The notes: generated by a model not told the origin, from the letters alone. A stretch of DNA of 64,000 nt from Acidithiobacillus sp. (GCA_027365525.1 DAHXMJ010000057.1:9730-73729), one strand, 5' to 3'. Positions 22,083 through 34,727 are shown, counted from the first letter of the stretch. A program made the numbers and translations.

Positions 22083-22823
22083 ATGGTTCTGGAACGAGCG
22101 GTGGAGATGGAACACAAGGCGGGTCACTTACAGCATCATGAGCACCACCACCACCAGCAGATTGGGTGGCTTCGGGCGAGTGTCCTCGGTGCCAACGACG
22201 GACTTCTGTCCACAGCGGCGCTTTTGACAGGCATGGTAGCTGGCCATGGAGGCCGGGAGACGCTGATATTGGCCGGGATTGCCGCGATGGTTGCGGGAGC
22301 TTTCTCCATGGCTGCTGGTGAATACGTTTCGGTCAGTTCCCAGGCGGATACACAGGCAGCTGATCTTGCTATTGAAGAACGGGAACTGCATAAAAATCCG
22401 GATCTTGAGCTTCTGGAACTGACCAGGATCTACGTGCATAGGGGGGTTTCTGAACCCATTGCCCGGCAGGTGGCTGCGCAGCTTATGGAGCACGATGCAC
22501 TTGCTGCGCACGCACGCGATGAACTGGGGCTTACCGAGATTGCCCAGGCACGGCCTATCCAGGCGGCCCTGGCCTCTGCATCTTCCTTCGCCATGGGGGC
22601 TGTATTCCCCATTCTGGCCGTACTGTTTGTCCCCCAGATGAACTTCCTCCTTGCCAGCCTGATCCTTCTCACCCTGGTTTTTCTGACAGCTTTGGGTGCA
22701 GTGGCTGCCTGGGCTGGGGGGGCACCCATGGTCAGGGGTGCGGTCAGGGTGCTTTTTTTTGGGGCCTGTTCTTTGGCTGCGACCAGCATTGTTGGCCATT
22801 TTCTGGGCGTAACCGGTGTCTAA
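22083..22823 (+). CDS. VIT1/CCC1-family Fe/Mn transporter
   Basis: WLRASVLGANDGLLS, SMAAGEYVSVSSQ, AHARDELG; His-rich N-terminus; start uncertain. Confidence 0.93.
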   Translation: MVLERAVEMEHKAGHLQHHEHHHHQQIGWLRASVLGANDGLLSTAALLTGMVAGHGGRETLILAGIAAMVAGAFSMAAGEYVSVSSQADTQAADLAIEERELHKNPDLELLELTRIYVHRGVSEPIARQVAAQLMEHDALAAHARDELGLTEIAQARPIQAALASASSFAMGAVFPILAVLFVPQMNFLLASLILLTLVFLTALGAVAAWAGGAPMVRGAVRVLFFGACSLAATSIVGHFLGVTGV

Positions 22824-23532
22824 TGCAGGAGAATCCCCCTCATGGCATCTGTATCCAGAACCTGAAACTTTGTCCGGAGCCTTGGCTGCGGCCATCGTGC
22901 GTCTGGCCCAAGAGTCTATAGACAGGCGTGGTTCTTTCCACATGGTACTGGCTGGCGGAGATACTCCACGTGCTGTTTACACCAAAATCTGTCAGACTGG
23001 CCACCAGTGGGAAAGATGGTACCTTTATTATAGCGACGAGCGCTGCGTGTCCCGTGAAAGTCGGGACCGGAATTCCCGGATGGTTGAAGAAACATGGCTG
23101 GCCCACGTGCCAGTCCCGGTTCGCCAGCATCATGTGATTCCGGCTGAGCTTGGGCCGGATCTGGGAGCCAAGGCCTATGCCGCCCTTCTTCCGTCACACC
23201 GCTTTGATCTGGTACTGCTGGGATTGGGGGAGGATGGGCACTGTGCAGGCCTGTTCCCGGAAGGGGAATGGTCTCTCCAGGTCCCTTTCCCGTCCGCAGT
23301 TCTCCCGGTCAGGTGGGCACCAAAGCCTCCCGTGCACCGGATTTCTCTGGGCTGCAAGCGGCTTCGGCATACCCGAAGAATGTTTTTCCTCGTGAGCGGG
23401 ACTGGCAAGACCAATGCCATTCACAGGTGGCGCGCCGGGGAAAAAATCCCTGCCGCCATTGTGGGTGCAGGTGCTCAAATATGGCTTGATGAGGCAGCCT
23501 GGACAGGTGCAGCTGGACCTGGGACTTTTTAG
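22816..23532 (+). CDS. pgl: 6-phosphogluconolactonase
   Basis: LAGGDTP, SDERCV, FDLVLLGLGEDGH, KPPVHRISL. Confidence 0.92.
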   Translation: MSNAGESPSWHLYPEPETLSGALAAAIVRLAQESIDRRGSFHMVLAGGDTPRAVYTKICQTGHQWERWYLYYSDERCVSRESRDRNSRMVEETWLAHVPVPVRQHHVIPAELGPDLGAKAYAALLPSHRFDLVLLGLGEDGHCAGLFPEGEWSLQVPFPSAVLPVRWAPKPPVHRISLGCKRLRHTRRMFFLVSGTGKTNAIHRWRAGEKIPAAIVGAGAQIWLDEAAWTGAAGPGTF

Positions 23533-24474
23533 TCAGACAGATTTTTCTTTTTCCTCGGTTCTGCTCCCGGATCTGATAATGGCCAGCGCGGTAGACACCA
23601 GTGCGCCAATGTTGCCCATGTCTGCCGGGATCACAAGGCTGTTTCCGGTTTTGGCAAGATTTCCCCATTTTTCAATATAATCTCTGGCCACCTGCATCTG
23701 GAGTGCTTCCAGTCCTCCAGGTTCATGGGCAGCGCTGCCGACAACCCGGATTGCGGCAGCCGTAGCTGCGGCAATTAGCTCAATGGCACGGGCTTCGCCT
23801 TCAGCACTAAGGATCTCGGCCTGTCTGCGGCCGTCGGCAATGTTGATTTCCTGCTGGCGCTGTCCTTCCGACGTATTGATCTGCTGTTGTCGCTGAGCCT
23901 CGGATTTGGCAATGATGGCACGTTTTTCCCGTTCTGCTGTGATCTGCAGTTCCATGGCCCTGATAATTTCTGCAGGAGGGGTAATATCCTTGATTTCGTA
24001 GCGCAGTACCTTGACTCCCCAGTTGACCGCTGCTTCGTCAACGGCTGCGGCTACGGCAGCATTGAGAAGCTGTCTGGAAGAAAGTGCCGCATCGAGATGG
24101 AGCTTGCCGATTTCAGAGCGCATGCTGGTTTGGGCAAGCTGGATAACCGCAGTAAACGGGTTGCTTGATCCATAGGCAGCTTTCACGGCATCTGTGATCT
24201 GCATATATAGCACTCCATCCACTGTCATGGTCGTGTTGTCTAGTGAGATACAGACTTGGGCCGGAACTTCCATGGGCAGTTCCCGCATATCGAAACGGAA
24301 GGCGACACGGTCTACAAAGGGAACTATCAGGTTTAGGCCTGGTTGCAGCACTTGGTGGTACCTGCCCAGCCTTTCTATAATCCACGCCCGCTGCTGCGGG
24401 ACTACGCGTATCGTGGCGCGCAGAATGAAAATTACCGCAACGAGAACTGTCAGGACGGTGAAGAGGGTGGGCAT
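23533..24474 (-). CDS. SPFH/band-7 stomatin-like protein (QmcA-like)
   Basis: N-terminal TM, IIERLGRY, WGVKVLRYEIKDI, MELQITAEREKRA coiled coil. Confidence 0.93.
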   Translation of the reverse strand: MPTLFTVLTVLVAVIFILRATIRVVPQQRAWIIERLGRYHQVLQPGLNLIVPFVDRVAFRFDMRELPMEVPAQVCISLDNTTMTVDGVLYMQITDAVKAAYGSSNPFTAVIQLAQTSMRSEIGKLHLDAALSSRQLLNAAVAAAVDEAAVNWGVKVLRYEIKDITPPAEIIRAMELQITAEREKRAIIAKSEAQRQQQINTSEGQRQQEINIADGRRQAEILSAEGEARAIELIAAATAAAIRVVGSAAHEPGGLEALQMQVARDYIEKWGNLAKTGNSLVIPADMGNIGALVSTALAIIRSGSRTEEKEKSV

Positions 24475-24914
24475 GGTGGCTGAGCCTGTGGTGAAGAAGC
24501 GGGAATAGGGGCAATATGCAGCAGGCTGCCTTCCCGCCCGACAATAATGGCTGCTTCTCCCCGACAGACTGGTGCTGTGGCTTTCTCCAGAACAGCCGAC
24601 CAGTCGGAACCTCGATAGTGCACGCGATAATGTCCCTCCGGGTCTGGTCCCTGAAGAAGTTCTACCGTCTGCCCAATGTCCAAGTCATTGATGCCGCTCT
24701 GTCCGGAAGCGAGGGAATGTCGTAGAAAAGCAGTCAGGATGGCCAGGGTGGCACCTGCTGCAAGAAAGACCCAGTGTAGCACCAGATGGGGAAGGAAGAA
24801 GCTCGAAAGAAGGGTGATCAGTGCTGCGAGAGCAATCGCCGCAAGATAGAAAGTTCCGGTAAAAAGCTCTGCAATGCCAGAAACGAGGGCAATGGCCAAA
24901 TACAGCAGCTGCAT
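24450..24914 (-). CDS. NfeD-family membrane protein (short form)
   Basis: AELFTGTFYL TM region plus C-terminal OB fold (DIGQTV, VHYRGSDWSA); typical partner of SPFH genes. Confidence 0.88.
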   Translation of the reverse strand: MQLLYLAIALVSGIAELFTGTFYLAAIALAALITLLSSFFLPHLVLHWVFLAAGATLAILTAFLRHSLASGQSGINDLDIGQTVELLQGPDPEGHYRVHYRGSDWSAVLEKATAPVCRGEAAIIVGREGSLLHIAPIPASSPQAQPPCPPSSPS

Positions 24915-24915
24915 C

Positions 24916-27105
24916 TCAGGATCCGGAAACCTGTAGAAAAATGGCCCCAAGAGGCGGGAGGACGACTTCAATGCTGGCAGGATGTCCCATCCATGGAATA
25001 CCTTGGGCCTCCATTGGCGGATTGCCGGTGTTGCTCCCCCCATAGACTGCTGCATCGCTATTAAAAATTTCAGCATACAGACCAGTTCTGGGGACTCCGA
25101 TTCGGTATCCATGACGGGGGACGGGAGTGAAATTGCAGAGAGCAGCGACAAAATTTCCCTCTTTGCTCCAGCGTAGAAAGGAGAGAACTGACTGCTCGGC
25201 ATCGTGACAGTCGATCCACTGGAAACCTTCGGGCTGGAAATCCATCTGGTGGAATGCCGGGAGGGACCGGTACAAATGGTTAAGGTCGTGGTAGAGCTGC
25301 TGGATCTGGGCATGCCAGGATACTTGCAGAAGCTCCCAGTCAAGTGCGCCGCTACTGTTCCATTCCCGCCCGTGCCCAAATTCATTGCCCATGAAATTGA
25401 GTTTTTTCCCGGGGTGGGCGAACTGGTAGCTGAACAGCAGGCGCAGGTTGGCAAAGCGCTGCCAGACATCTCCAGGCATTTTGTCCAGCAGGGATCCTTT
25501 GCCATGAACTACTTCATCGTGTGACAGGGGGAGAATAAAATTCTCTGCATAGGCATATATCTGGCTGAATGTCAATGAATTCTGGTGATAGCGGCGGAAC
25601 ACGGGGTCCTGCCTGAAATAGCTCAAGGTGTCATGCATCCATCCCATATTCCATTTCATGGAAAAGCCGAGTCCCCCAATATAGGTAGGGCGGGATACCA
25701 TGGGCCACGCTGTGGATTCCTCTGCAATACTGACAATGCCGGGATATTTTTCATTTAGAATGATGTGCATCTCGCGGAGGAAATCGATGGCTTCCAGGTT
25801 TTCCCTCCCGCCGTACTGGTTTGGAATCCAGTCCCCTTCATCCCGTGAATAGTCGCGGTACAGAAGGGAAGCCACCGCATCCACACGAAACCCGTCCACA
25901 TGAAATTCCTCCACCCAGTAGCAGGCGTTACTCAGGAGAAAGTTCCGGACCTCGTTACGGCCAAAATTAAAAATATAGGTTCCCCAGTCCTGATGTTCGC
26001 CTTCACGGGGATCCGCATGCTCATAGAGTGGGGTGCCATCAAAACGGGCAAGTCCCCAGTCATCCTTGGGGAAATGCCCTGGTACCCAGTCCAGGAGAAC
26101 GCCGATTCCATGCTGGTGGCAATGGTCGACGAAATACCGGAAATCGTCAGGGCTGCCAAAGCGGCTGGAGGGCGCATAATATCCGCTGACCTGGTAGCCC
26201 CAGGATTCATCCAGGGGATGTTCCATGACGGGCAAGAGTTCCAGATGGGTAAAACCCATTTTCTGGCAGTAGGCAGCCAGTTCTTCAGCCAGACAGCGAT
26301 AGCCAAGAAAGCTCCCGTCTGGGTTCCTTTTCCAGGAACCCAGATGTACCTCGTAGACGCTCATGGGCGCGTGCTGCCAGCCGTTTTCACGGCGCTGCCG
26401 CAGCCAGGCTGCGTCATCCCATGCGTGACAGCTCCTTGTGACCTGGGCAGCCGTACCCGGGCGCATCTCGAATGCGCCTGCATAAGGATCTGTCTTGACA
26501 AAAACGGCGCCCGAGTCCCGATGGCGGATTTCGAACTTGTACCGGCTGCCTTCCGGGAGGTCGGGTATAAAAAGCTCCCACAGCCCACTGCTACCTCGCA
26601 CCCGCATGGGATGGGCACGTCCATCCCACAGGTTGAAATCCCCCACAACACTCACCCGTTCAGCATTGGGGCCCCAGACAGAAAAAAATACGCCCTCTAC
26701 ACCCTCGGCATGGCAGGGGTGGGCTCCCAGCTTTTTATAGGCATCCAGCCACCGTCCTTCACTGAAAAGATGGAGGTCCAGTTCGCCAATCTGGGGATGA
26801 AAAGTATATGAATCATAACGATGGAATGTTTTTCCATCCGCGTCAGTCCACCGCAACAGATATGGAGTGGGGAAGGGGGCCAGACTTTCCCCGAAAAAAA
26901 TGCCGTCTACATGCAGCTTTTGTAGGGGATGTATCTGGCCGTCTTTGAGCAGGATCTCTGCTGTGGCTGCACCAGGAAGGAAAGATCGCTGCTGCCAGGT
27001 ACCGTTTTTTTCATGCTGCCCGAGCCAGGAGAAAGGATCGTGGTGTCGTGCTGCAAGAATGGCCACGGCATCTGCAGAAAGCATTTCGAGGTTTTCCTCT
27101 TCCAT
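24916..27105 (-). CDS. glgB: 1,4-alpha-glucan branching enzyme
   Basis: [44 protein letters not shown]. Confidence 0.98.
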   Translation of the reverse strand: MEEENLEMLSADAVAILAARHHDPFSWLGQHEKNGTWQQRSFLPGAATAEILLKDGQIHPLQKLHVDGIFFGESLAPFPTPYLLRWTDADGKTFHRYDSYTFHPQIGELDLHLFSEGRWLDAYKKLGAHPCHAEGVEGVFFSVWGPNAERVSVVGDFNLWDGRAHPMRVRGSSGLWELFIPDLPEGSRYKFEIRHRDSGAVFVKTDPYAGAFEMRPGTAAQVTRSCHAWDDAAWLRQRRENGWQHAPMSVYEVHLGSWKRNPDGSFLGYRCLAEELAAYCQKMGFTHLELLPVMEHPLDESWGYQVSGYYAPSSRFGSPDDFRYFVDHCHQHGIGVLLDWVPGHFPKDDWGLARFDGTPLYEHADPREGEHQDWGTYIFNFGRNEVRNFLLSNACYWVEEFHVDGFRVDAVASLLYRDYSRDEGDWIPNQYGGRENLEAIDFLREMHIILNEKYPGIVSIAEESTAWPMVSRPTYIGGLGFSMKWNMGWMHDTLSYFRQDPVFRRYHQNSLTFSQIYAYAENFILPLSHDEVVHGKGSLLDKMPGDVWQRFANLRLLFSYQFAHPGKKLNFMGNEFGHGREWNSSGALDWELLQVSWHAQIQQLYHDLNHLYRSLPAFHQMDFQPEGFQWIDCHDAEQSVLSFLRWSKEGNFVAALCNFTPVPRHGYRIGVPRTGLYAEIFNSDAAVYGGSNTGNPPMEAQGIPWMGHPASIEVVLPPLGAIFLQVSGS

Positions 27106-27236
27106 GACAGGCTCCAGTACCCCCAGCCGGGTATATGCTTGTGGCAGAATAGCACAAAAAGTTGTACGCATCTGCTGATGGCTGTGCATTTACCAATAGC
27201 CGGCATATAGCTGCGGGCTGGAAAGGATACAGCAGT

Positions 27237-28076
27237 CTAGTTTTCCTCGTGTCCGTTCCGGAAACTGCTTTCCGCCTCTCCCATCAGATCTTCGGAACCC
27301 GACTCTTCCTGGGCTGCATAGGTAAATTCTGCGGACGGGGACCTGCTGCTGAAATGGGCAGAGAAAAGGAGTCCCAGCTCGAACAGCATGTACATGGGGA
27401 TCATGAGCAGGATCATGGACAGAACATCTGGTGGGCTCAGGACGGCTGATGCCACTGCGCAGATGAGGAATACATATCTCCTTCCCCTGCGCAGGGATTC
27501 CAGCTGTATCACCCCGACCTTGACCAGTACCACTACAAGGATGGGAATCTGGAAAGCCAGTCCAAATGCCAGGGAAAATTTGACGATCAGGGAGAGGTAA
27601 TCGCTGACCTTCGGCATGGCACTAATATCGGCACCTGAAAAACTGGCAAAAAATCGGAACGCATTGGGAAAAACCACAAAATAGGCAAACAGGATTCCTG
27701 CCAGAAAGAGTGCAAGAGAGACGAAAATCAGTGGAAAAAAAATCTTTCGTTCATGGAGATACAAGCCGGGGGTGATGAAGGCCCAGAATTGGTAAAGGAC
27801 CATAGGGAGGGCTAGAAGAAAGCCTGAAATCAGTGAGAGCTGCACATAGGTAAGAAAAACTTCCGGGAGGCTGGTATAGATCAGGTGACTTCCTTTGGGA
27901 AGGACAGAAATCAGCGGCGCTGCAAGAATCCCGTAGATTTTTTGTGCGAAGGGATAAGAAACCAGAAAACCGGCAAAAACGGCAATCACGGAGTAGAGTA
28001 CCCGCCGGCGCAGTTCTAGGAGATGTCCAATAAAGGTGTTTTCTGAGGAATCGCCAGAATTTTCAGCGCTTGCCAT
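27237..28076 (-). CDS. tatC: Twin-arginine translocase TatC
   Basis: GHLLELRRR, YQFWAFITPGLY..E, SPPDVLS. Confidence 0.97.
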   Translation of the reverse strand: MASAENSGDSSENTFIGHLLELRRRVLYSVIAVFAGFLVSYPFAQKIYGILAAPLISVLPKGSHLIYTSLPEVFLTYVQLSLISGFLLALPMVLYQFWAFITPGLYLHERKIFFPLIFVSLALFLAGILFAYFVVFPNAFRFFASFSGADISAMPKVSDYLSLIVKFSLAFGLAFQIPILVVVLVKVGVIQLESLRRGRRYVFLICAVASAVLSPPDVLSMILLMIPMYMLFELGLLFSAHFSSRSPSAEFTYAAQEESGSEDLMGEAESSFRNGHEEN

Positions 28077-28157
28077 CGGGTACCCTGTTGGCAGAAACAG
28101 TTACGCAGGGAGGAAAGGATGCTGGCAGAAGCACGCCCATAAAAGAACTTCTGAAAT

Positions 28158-28499
28158 TCAATGGAAGTGGTGTTCTTCAGATGGTGCAGGTGGCAGGAAT
28201 CCTGACAGGGATTTCTGGTCTTCCACCTGTGTCGGTAGCGAACCGGCGTGGTCCTCCCCTGTCATTTTTTCAGCGGTGACAGAAGCAGTTGCCTCGTCCC
28301 TGAGGTTCTGGGCTTCCTGGCGCAGTTCGTCAATCAGCAATTGCTGTTCCATTTCGGTTCGCACGTTGCCCATCATCCGCCGGATGCTGCCATACCAACG
28401 TCCTGCCGATCGTGCCAGTCCGGGCAGCTTTTCCGGTCCTACCACGAGCAGGGCTATAACGGCCAGAAGGGCAAGCTCGCCAAAACTGAAGTCAAACAT
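28158..28499 (-). CDS. tatB: Twin-arginine translocase TatB
   Basis: MFDFSFGEL...VVGPEKLP. Confidence 0.96.
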   Translation of the reverse strand: MFDFSFGELALLAVIALLVVGPEKLPGLARSAGRWYGSIRRMMGNVRTEMEQQLLIDELRQEAQNLRDEATASVTAEKMTGEDHAGSLPTQVEDQKSLSGFLPPAPSEEHHFH

Positions 28500-28505
28500 G
28501 ACGTA

Positions 28506-28745
28506 TCAGCTATGGTGCAGTCCTTCCTGCTCCTTTTCTTTCTGTGGGTTGACCTCAATAGTATTCCCTATCGCCGCATTCTCCTGGTCTCTATCCTTTT
28601 TCTCATCCTCTTCGCGGACAGCGGAGCGGAAGCTTCGGAGGGCAGAACCAAGATCAGAGCCAACATTCCTCAGCTTGGCAGTGCCAAACAGGGCGACGAC
28701 AATCAAGAGAATAATGACGAGATGCCAGATGCTGAAAGCGCCCAT
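28506..28745 (-). CDS. tatA: Twin-arginine translocase TatA
   Basis: MGAFSIWHL...[15 protein letters not shown]. Confidence 0.97.
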   Translation of the reverse strand: MGAFSIWHLVIILLIVVALFGTAKLRNVGSDLGSALRSFRSAVREEDEKKDRDQENAAIGNTIEVNPQKEKEQEGLHHS

Positions 28746-28810
28746 GTGAAAACTCCTTCCCCGCAGGGATAGTGCCGATCAGTCGACCTTAGAAAAAGGC
28801 GGCGGTGGCG

Positions 28811-29518
28811 TCAAGTGCGGCCGGCTCTGGAAGCCTTTTCTGCCAGACCGGAAACGCCTTCGCGGCGCCCAAGTTCCGCAAGTACATCTCTTATATGCAA
28901 ATTCCGTTCCTCAAGGGCTACAAGAAGATGGAAAAGCAGGTCTGCGGCTTCTGAAACAATCGGTTTTCGGTCAAAATTTTTGCAGGAAAGCACAAATTCG
29001 GTAGCCTCTTCGCCGATTTTTTTCAGGATACGGTCCTGTCCATCGTGGAGCAGCCTAGCGACATAGGAGTGGCCCGGATCAGCCTGACGGCGCTGATGAA
29101 TGGTCTCTTGAAGGATGTCCAGGAAACTGCCGCCTAGAGGCTGTGCCGGCTGCCAGCCATTTTCTCCAGCCCGCTGGAAAAAACAGGTATCGGCACCTGT
29201 GTGGCAGGCGGCTCCTTTCTGCAGGACACGCAGCAGCAGGGTGTCGCCGTCGCAGTCCAGGCCCAGATCCACAAGGTGCTGGATGTGGCCTGAGGTTTCC
29301 CCCTTGCGCCATAGGGAATTTCGCGAACGGGACCAGTATACCCCCCGTTTTTCCCGCAGTGTGGCAAGAAGTGCTTCATCATTCATCCAAGCCAGCATCA
29401 GGACCTGTCCGCTAAAGGCATCCTGGGCAATGGCCGGTACCAGGCCCTCAGAGTTCCAGCGTACAGATTCTAGGAAGGAAGAAAAACTCTGCTGTGGTGA
29501 TGGGATGCCGGTATTCAT
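28811..29518 (-). CDS. hisIE: Bifunctional phosphoribosyl-AMP cyclohydrolase / phosphoribosyl-ATP pyrophosphatase
   Basis: [21 protein letters not shown] and [17 protein letters not shown]. Confidence 0.97.
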   Translation of the reverse strand: MNTGIPSPQQSFSSFLESVRWNSEGLVPAIAQDAFSGQVLMLAWMNDEALLATLREKRGVYWSRSRNSLWRKGETSGHIQHLVDLGLDCDGDTLLLRVLQKGAACHTGADTCFFQRAGENGWQPAQPLGGSFLDILQETIHQRRQADPGHSYVARLLHDGQDRILKKIGEEATEFVLSCKNFDRKPIVSEAADLLFHLLVALEERNLHIRDVLAELGRREGVSGLAEKASRAGRT

Positions 29519-29553
29519 TGGTATCTTTGGTAAAAACTCACGGTGTTCATGGG

Positions 29554-30315
29554 CTAGATGTCCTGCCGGACCGGGATACCCCTAGAGGCCATAGCAGCCT
29601 TCACTCCAGGAATGCGGAACTGTCCGAAGTGAAAGACGCTGGCAGCCAGAACTGCATCGGCATGCCCGGAAAGGATGCCTTCCGCAAAATCTTCCAGATG
29701 TCCGACCCCGCCAGAAGCAATGACAGGAACAGGTACACTGTCGCTAATCGCACGGGTCAGCTCCAGGTCAAAACCCCTGCCAGTTCCATCACGGTCCATG
29801 CTGGTCACAAGCAGTTCACCAGCGCCATGGGATGCCATTTTCTGTGCCCAGGATATGGCATCCAGCCCGGCAGGCCGACGCCCGCCATGTGTGAAGACCT
29901 CCCAGCGATCTCCTACTCGCTTTGCATCAATGGCGACCACAATACAGGAATTGCCAAAGCGCTGGGCAGCCCGCTGAACCAGTCCAGGATCCTGTACAGC
30001 CGCACTGTTGATGCTGACCTTGTCTGCCCCTGCGAGGAGAAGAGTCCGTATATCCTCAACAGAGCGTACGCCTCCCCCTACGGTAAGAGGAATAAAGATC
30101 CTGGCGGCCACTGCCGATACTACATCAGCTATGGTCTGACGGCCTTCGTGACTGGCAGAAATGTCCAGAAACGTGATTTCATCGGCTCCTTCATCGTTAT
30201 AGCGGGCAGCGGTTTCCACAGGATCACCGGCATCCCGGAGAGAAAGAAAGCGGACGCCCTTGACTACCCTTCCAGCATCAATATCCAGGCATGGGATGAC
30301 CCGTTTGGCGAGCAT
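29554..30315 (-). CDS. hisF: Imidazole glycerol phosphate synthase cyclase subunit
   Basis: [29 protein letters not shown]. Confidence 0.98.
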   Translation of the reverse strand: MLAKRVIPCLDIDAGRVVKGVRFLSLRDAGDPVETAARYNDEGADEITFLDISASHEGRQTIADVVSAVAARIFIPLTVGGGVRSVEDIRTLLLAGADKVSINSAAVQDPGLVQRAAQRFGNSCIVVAIDAKRVGDRWEVFTHGGRRPAGLDAISWAQKMASHGAGELLVTSMDRDGTGRGFDLELTRAISDSVPVPVIASGGVGHLEDFAEGILSGHADAVLAASVFHFGQFRIPGVKAAMASRGIPVRQDI

Positions 30316-30316
30316 T

Positions 30317-31045
30317 TCAGTCTTCCACCCGGGAGCGGGCACTGGCGTAATCCAGTGTGCCCTCATAGATGGCCCGCCCGGTGATAGCGCCGAGAATTCC
30401 ATCTTCTTCATGTGCCTTGAGAGCCAGAACCTGGTCCAGATTTGCAATCCCCCCAGAGGCGATTACTGGTACAGAAATGGCTCTGGCAAGCGCTACGGTT
30501 GCCTCAATATTGGGACCGCTGAGCATGCCGTCACGGCTGATGTCCGTGTAGATAATTGCCTCGATCCCATCCGCGGAGAAGTGGCGGGCAAGATCCGTTG
30601 GATCATGGCGGGACAGCTTTGACCATCCTTCCGTGGCCACCTTGCCATCCCGGGCGTCTATTCCAACCATGATGTGCCCCGGAAAACTGACCACGGCATC
30701 CGCTACAAATCCTGGCGCCTTCACGGCTTGGGTTCCGATGATGACAAACCGGACTCCTGCCTGGATATAGGTTTCAATCTGCTCTTCACTCCGGATACCT
30801 CCGCCAACCTGGATCTCCAGGTTGGGGTATGCCGAACAGATGTCCTGGATAACCCTCGCGTTGACGGGGGCGCCCTGTACAGCTCCATCCAAGTCCACAA
30901 TATGCAGGCGTTTTGCCCCAGATTCTACCCAGCGGCGTGCCATGGCTACAGGATCATCAGAGAAAACTGTATCGTCTTCCATGCGGCCCTGACGCAGACG
31001 TACACAATTTCCGCCCTTGAGATCTATGGCGGGAATCAACAGCAT
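30317..31045 (-). CDS. hisA: ProFAR isomerase
   Basis: [34 protein letters not shown]. Confidence 0.98.
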   Translation of the reverse strand: MLLIPAIDLKGGNCVRLRQGRMEDDTVFSDDPVAMARRWVESGAKRLHIVDLDGAVQGAPVNARVIQDICSAYPNLEIQVGGGIRSEEQIETYIQAGVRFVIIGTQAVKAPGFVADAVVSFPGHIMVGIDARDGKVATEGWSKLSRHDPTDLARHFSADGIEAIIYTDISRDGMLSGPNIEATVALARAISVPVIASGGIANLDQVLALKAHEEDGILGAITGRAIYEGTLDYASARSRVED

Positions 31046-31111
31046 GTTCTGATCCTCCTGATCATGCGCCTTTCTGGCGCTATCTACTCCCCAACGACTG
31101 AAGCTGGTTTC

Positions 31112-31756
31112 CTAATTTCCTGACCATGTCAAAAAATTGCCCAGCAACCGTAATCCTGCTTCGCCACTTTTTTCTGGATGGCACTGCAGTGCAAAAATAT
31201 TGTCCGCTGCAAGGGCTGCGCAGAATGGGAAACCATAGTCACTGAAGCCCGCCAGAAGATCAGAATGCCCGGGTTCTACATAGAAAGAATGCACGAAATA
31301 GAAGTGCGCATTTTGGGGAACCCCCGCAAACAGTGGGTGGGGCATGAGCTGGTGCAGTTCATTCCAGCCCATGTGGGGGATTTTGCGTGTCTGGCCCTGC
31401 CCATCTTCCAGAACTTCTTTGGGGAAAGGCAACACCAGCCCTGGAAGAATGCCGAGGCCTGCGTGCTCCCCATGTTCGCTGCTAGAGTCCATCAGGAGCT
31501 GCATTCCCAAGCAAATGCCGAGGAACGGTCGGGTTTGGGCAGCGAAGCGGATGAAATCGGTCAGTCCCCGAGCTTCGAGAGCTGCCATGCAGTCCCCGAA
31601 AGCTCCTACACCCGGGAAAATTAGCCGGTCACAACTGGCTAGGAGATCCGCCTGGTCACTGATGCAGGCCTCGCCTCCCAGATGCTCCACGGCCTTGGCG
31701 ACGGAATAGAGATTCCCCATCCCATAGTCCACAACGCCTACCCGAGTCATGCCCAT
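31112..31756 (-). CDS. hisH: Imidazole glycerol phosphate synthase glutaminase subunit
   Basis: DYGMGNL, PGVGAF, GICLGMQ, HPEKS. Confidence 0.98.
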   Translation of the reverse strand: MGMTRVGVVDYGMGNLYSVAKAVEHLGGEACISDQADLLASCDRLIFPGVGAFGDCMAALEARGLTDFIRFAAQTRPFLGICLGMQLLMDSSSEHGEHAGLGILPGLVLPFPKEVLEDGQGQTRKIPHMGWNELHQLMPHPLFAGVPQNAHFYFVHSFYVEPGHSDLLAGFSDYGFPFCAALAADNIFALQCHPEKSGEAGLRLLGNFLTWSGN

Positions 31757-32352
31757 CAGCTAAGGGTTCCTTTTGTGCTGGGGATGGTGTTGCCAAGTCG
31801 TGGATCGGAAGATACCGCCATGCGCAACGCCCGGCCAAAGGCCTTGAAAATGGTTTCGGCAATATGGTGGGCATTGCGGCCACGCAGGACATCTATATGG
31901 AGTGTCACTAGACCGTGGTTGACAAAGCCCTGAAAAAATTCGTGGAACAGGTCCACGTCAAAGTCACCAATTTTTGCCCTTGGGAATTCTGCAGCAAACA
32001 CGAGGCCTGGGCGCCCTGATAGATCGGCCACAACCCGGGAGAGCGCTTCATCCAAAGGAACATAGGCGTGGCCATAGCGGAGAATTCCGGATTTTATGCC
32101 GGCTGCGCAGGAGAAAGCCTGGCCCAGAGTGATCCCAATATCTTCGACCGTATGGTGGGCATCGACCTCTAGATCACCATGGGCCTCAACATCCAGGTCG
32201 AAGAGGCCGTGGCGGGCAACCTGGTGCAGCATATGATCCAGGAAGGGGAGCCCACTATTCAGGCTGGAACTGCCTGTGCCATCAAGGTCAATCCGGACCT
32301 TGATGCTGGTTTCCAGCGTTGTACGCGTAATTTCTGCCTTGCGGCCATTCAT
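31756..32352 (-). CDS. hisB: Imidazoleglycerol-phosphate dehydratase (monofunctional)
   Basis: [26 protein letters not shown]. Confidence 0.98.
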   Translation of the reverse strand: MNGRKAEITRTTLETSIKVRIDLDGTGSSSLNSGLPFLDHMLHQVARHGLFDLDVEAHGDLEVDAHHTVEDIGITLGQAFSCAAGIKSGILRYGHAYVPLDEALSRVVADLSGRPGLVFAAEFPRAKIGDFDVDLFHEFFQGFVNHGLVTLHIDVLRGRNAHHIAETIFKAFGRALRMAVSSDPRLGNTIPSTKGTLS

Positions 32353-33434
32353 AGGAGAGACTCCAGCGCTGCCAGAAATGCCTCGTTTTCCTGCCGTGTT
32401 CCAATACTGACGCGCAGATGGTCGCTGAGACGGGGGTGGCCTGTAAAGGACTTGATGAGAATTTTCTTCTTCCGGAGGCCAGAATCGACAGTAGCCGCTT
32501 TGCCCGGCAGGCAAAAAAGCAGGAAATTAGCTTGGCTGGACCAGACCCTGATCCCAAGCTCCAGCATTTTTCCGTATAGCCAGTCACGCTGTTCCCGGAT
32601 TTGGGCTGCCTGTTGTGCAAGCACTTCTGGATGGCGCAGGAAAAAGAGCGCGCTTTGCTGGGTGAGAATATTGATATTGTATGGCAGGCGAAGTTTGTCT
32701 AACTGCTCTGTCCAGACCCGTGGGCCAGCAAGGAAACCCAGGCGCAGACCTGCCAGACCCTCTTTGGACAGGGTACGCAGAAGTAGCAGGTTGGGATACT
32801 GTCCCAGGCGGCTAGCAAAAGTTTGCTGGCTGAAGGCATGGTAGGCTTCGTCGACGACTACCAGACCAGGGGCTGCCTCGATAATCGCTTCCAAATCTTC
32901 TGCCGGAAAGAGCCGGCCACTGGGATTGTTTGGCCAGTCCAGAAAAACGATGGATGGACTGCAATTTTTCATGGCCTCGATGAAAGCAGTGCGGTCCAGC
33001 CGAAGGTCACTGTCCAGGGGAACCCCGACAAAAGGTAAACCCAGGTGACCAGCTAGGAGACGGTACATGGTAAAAGAAGGTTCCGCCGCGAGGATTGGCT
33101 TGCCAGTTCCAGCGACAGCAGCAACGAGAATTTGGATAAGTTCGTCGGAACCGTTGCCCAGGACCAGTCCCATCTCGGGAGGAATGTCCCCGTGCAGTTT
33201 GATCTGCTCCAACAGCAGATCCGGGTGCGCATCTGGATAGCGGTTGAGCTTGGCCTCGGAAAGGCTTTCCAGCCATTTCCAGCGCATCTCATCCGGCAGG
33301 TCATAGGGATTTTCCATGGAATCCAGCTTGACCAGTCCCTCACTCCGTGGGACAGAGTACGCAGCGCCTTGGAGCAGCTCAGGGCGGAGCAGGCGGCCCT
33401 GCAGCATCCTGATGGTGGAATCCAGATCCTTCAT
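32349..33434 (-). CDS. hisC: Histidinol-phosphate aminotransferase
   Basis: [28 protein letters not shown]; AAGGA RBS before the ATG at 33434. Confidence 0.96.
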   Translation of the reverse strand: MKDLDSTIRMLQGRLLRPELLQGAAYSVPRSEGLVKLDSMENPYDLPDEMRWKWLESLSEAKLNRYPDAHPDLLLEQIKLHGDIPPEMGLVLGNGSDELIQILVAAVAGTGKPILAAEPSFTMYRLLAGHLGLPFVGVPLDSDLRLDRTAFIEAMKNCSPSIVFLDWPNNPSGRLFPAEDLEAIIEAAPGLVVVDEAYHAFSQQTFASRLGQYPNLLLLRTLSKEGLAGLRLGFLAGPRVWTEQLDKLRLPYNINILTQQSALFFLRHPEVLAQQAAQIREQRDWLYGKMLELGIRVWSSQANFLLFCLPGKAATVDSGLRKKKILIKSFTGHPRLSDHLRVSIGTRQENEAFLAALESLL

Positions 33435-33441
33435 GGTTTCC

Positions 33442-34727
33442 TTATCCAATACGGGCAGCCGCTGAATGGGCATGGGCAGTCAGACCTTCACCCCTGGCCA
33501 GGATTTCTGCAAGGTAGCCAAGAGTGCTGGCTCCTGCCGGACTGGCCCATATCAGGCTGCTGCGTTTGACGAAATCATACACGCCGAGTGGTGAGGAGAA
33601 TCTGGCACTGCCTCCGGTCGGCAGAACATGGTTGGGGCCAGCGACATAATCACCAAGGGCTTCACAGCTGTGGATGCCCATGAAAATGGCACCGGCATTG
33701 TGGATGGCGGGGAGGTATGTATCTGGATCAGCTACAGCCAGTTCTAGATGCTCTGGGGCTATCTGGTCCACGATCTGGCACGCCTCAGAGGGGTCTTGGA
33801 CTAGAATCATAACCCCTCTGTTAGACCAGCTTTCCCGGGCGATAGGTGCGCGATCCAGCGTTTCCAGGGCCTGCGCAACTGCAGATTCTACCTTATCCAG
33901 GTGGGCAGCATCCCAGGAAATAAAAATGCTCTGGGCAAGCTCATCGTGTTCTGCCTGGGAGAGCAGGTCCCAGGCCAGCCACTCGGCAGGCGCACTTCCA
34001 TCACTGAGCACCAGAATTTCACTGGGACCGGCAATCATGTCGATGCCTACCCGGCCAAACACCATCCGTTTGGCCGTTGCAACGTAAATATTGCCTGGCC
34101 CGACAATCTTGTCTACTGCCGGAATGGTCTGTGTACCGTAAGCCATTGCCGCAATCGCCTGGGCACCGCCAACGCGGAATACGCGGCTTACACCGGCTAC
34201 GGAGGCTGCGGCAAGCACCCAAGGATTGATTTCTCCGTGCGGGGTGGGGACTGTCATGATGATTTCTTCGACCCCGGCTACCTGGGCGGGGATGGCATTC
34301 ATCAGTACCGAGCTTGGATAGGCGGCCTTTCCTCCAGGAACATAGAGTCCGGCGCTCTGGAGAGGTAGGACCCGCTGGCCGAGAACCGTGCCATCGGGTT
34401 CCCGGAACTGCCAGGATTCCTGCTTCTGGTGTACATGGTATGCACGGATCCGTTCAGCGGCTTCGTAGAGGGCCAGCCTTCCAGCTTCCGGCAAGGCTTT
34501 GAGGGCAGCATCGCACTGCTTTCTGGAGATTTCCAGGCCGTTTTCCTGCGGTACTTCCAGATGGTCGAAACGAAGCGTGTATTCGAGAAGGGCAGCATCC
34601 CCCCTCTGGCGCACAGCTTCAATGATTTCGCGGACCCTCTGTTCTACCCCCATATCGCTGCCGGCTTCCCAGCCATGGAGGGAGCCAAGTGCCTCAGCAA
34701 ATCCGGATTCGCGGCTGTCAAGACGTT

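Noticed and set aside
24450-25505. 351-aa ORF suggesting a long NfeD
   Set aside because: The first 197 codons overlap glgB in another frame; the real gene starts at 24914.
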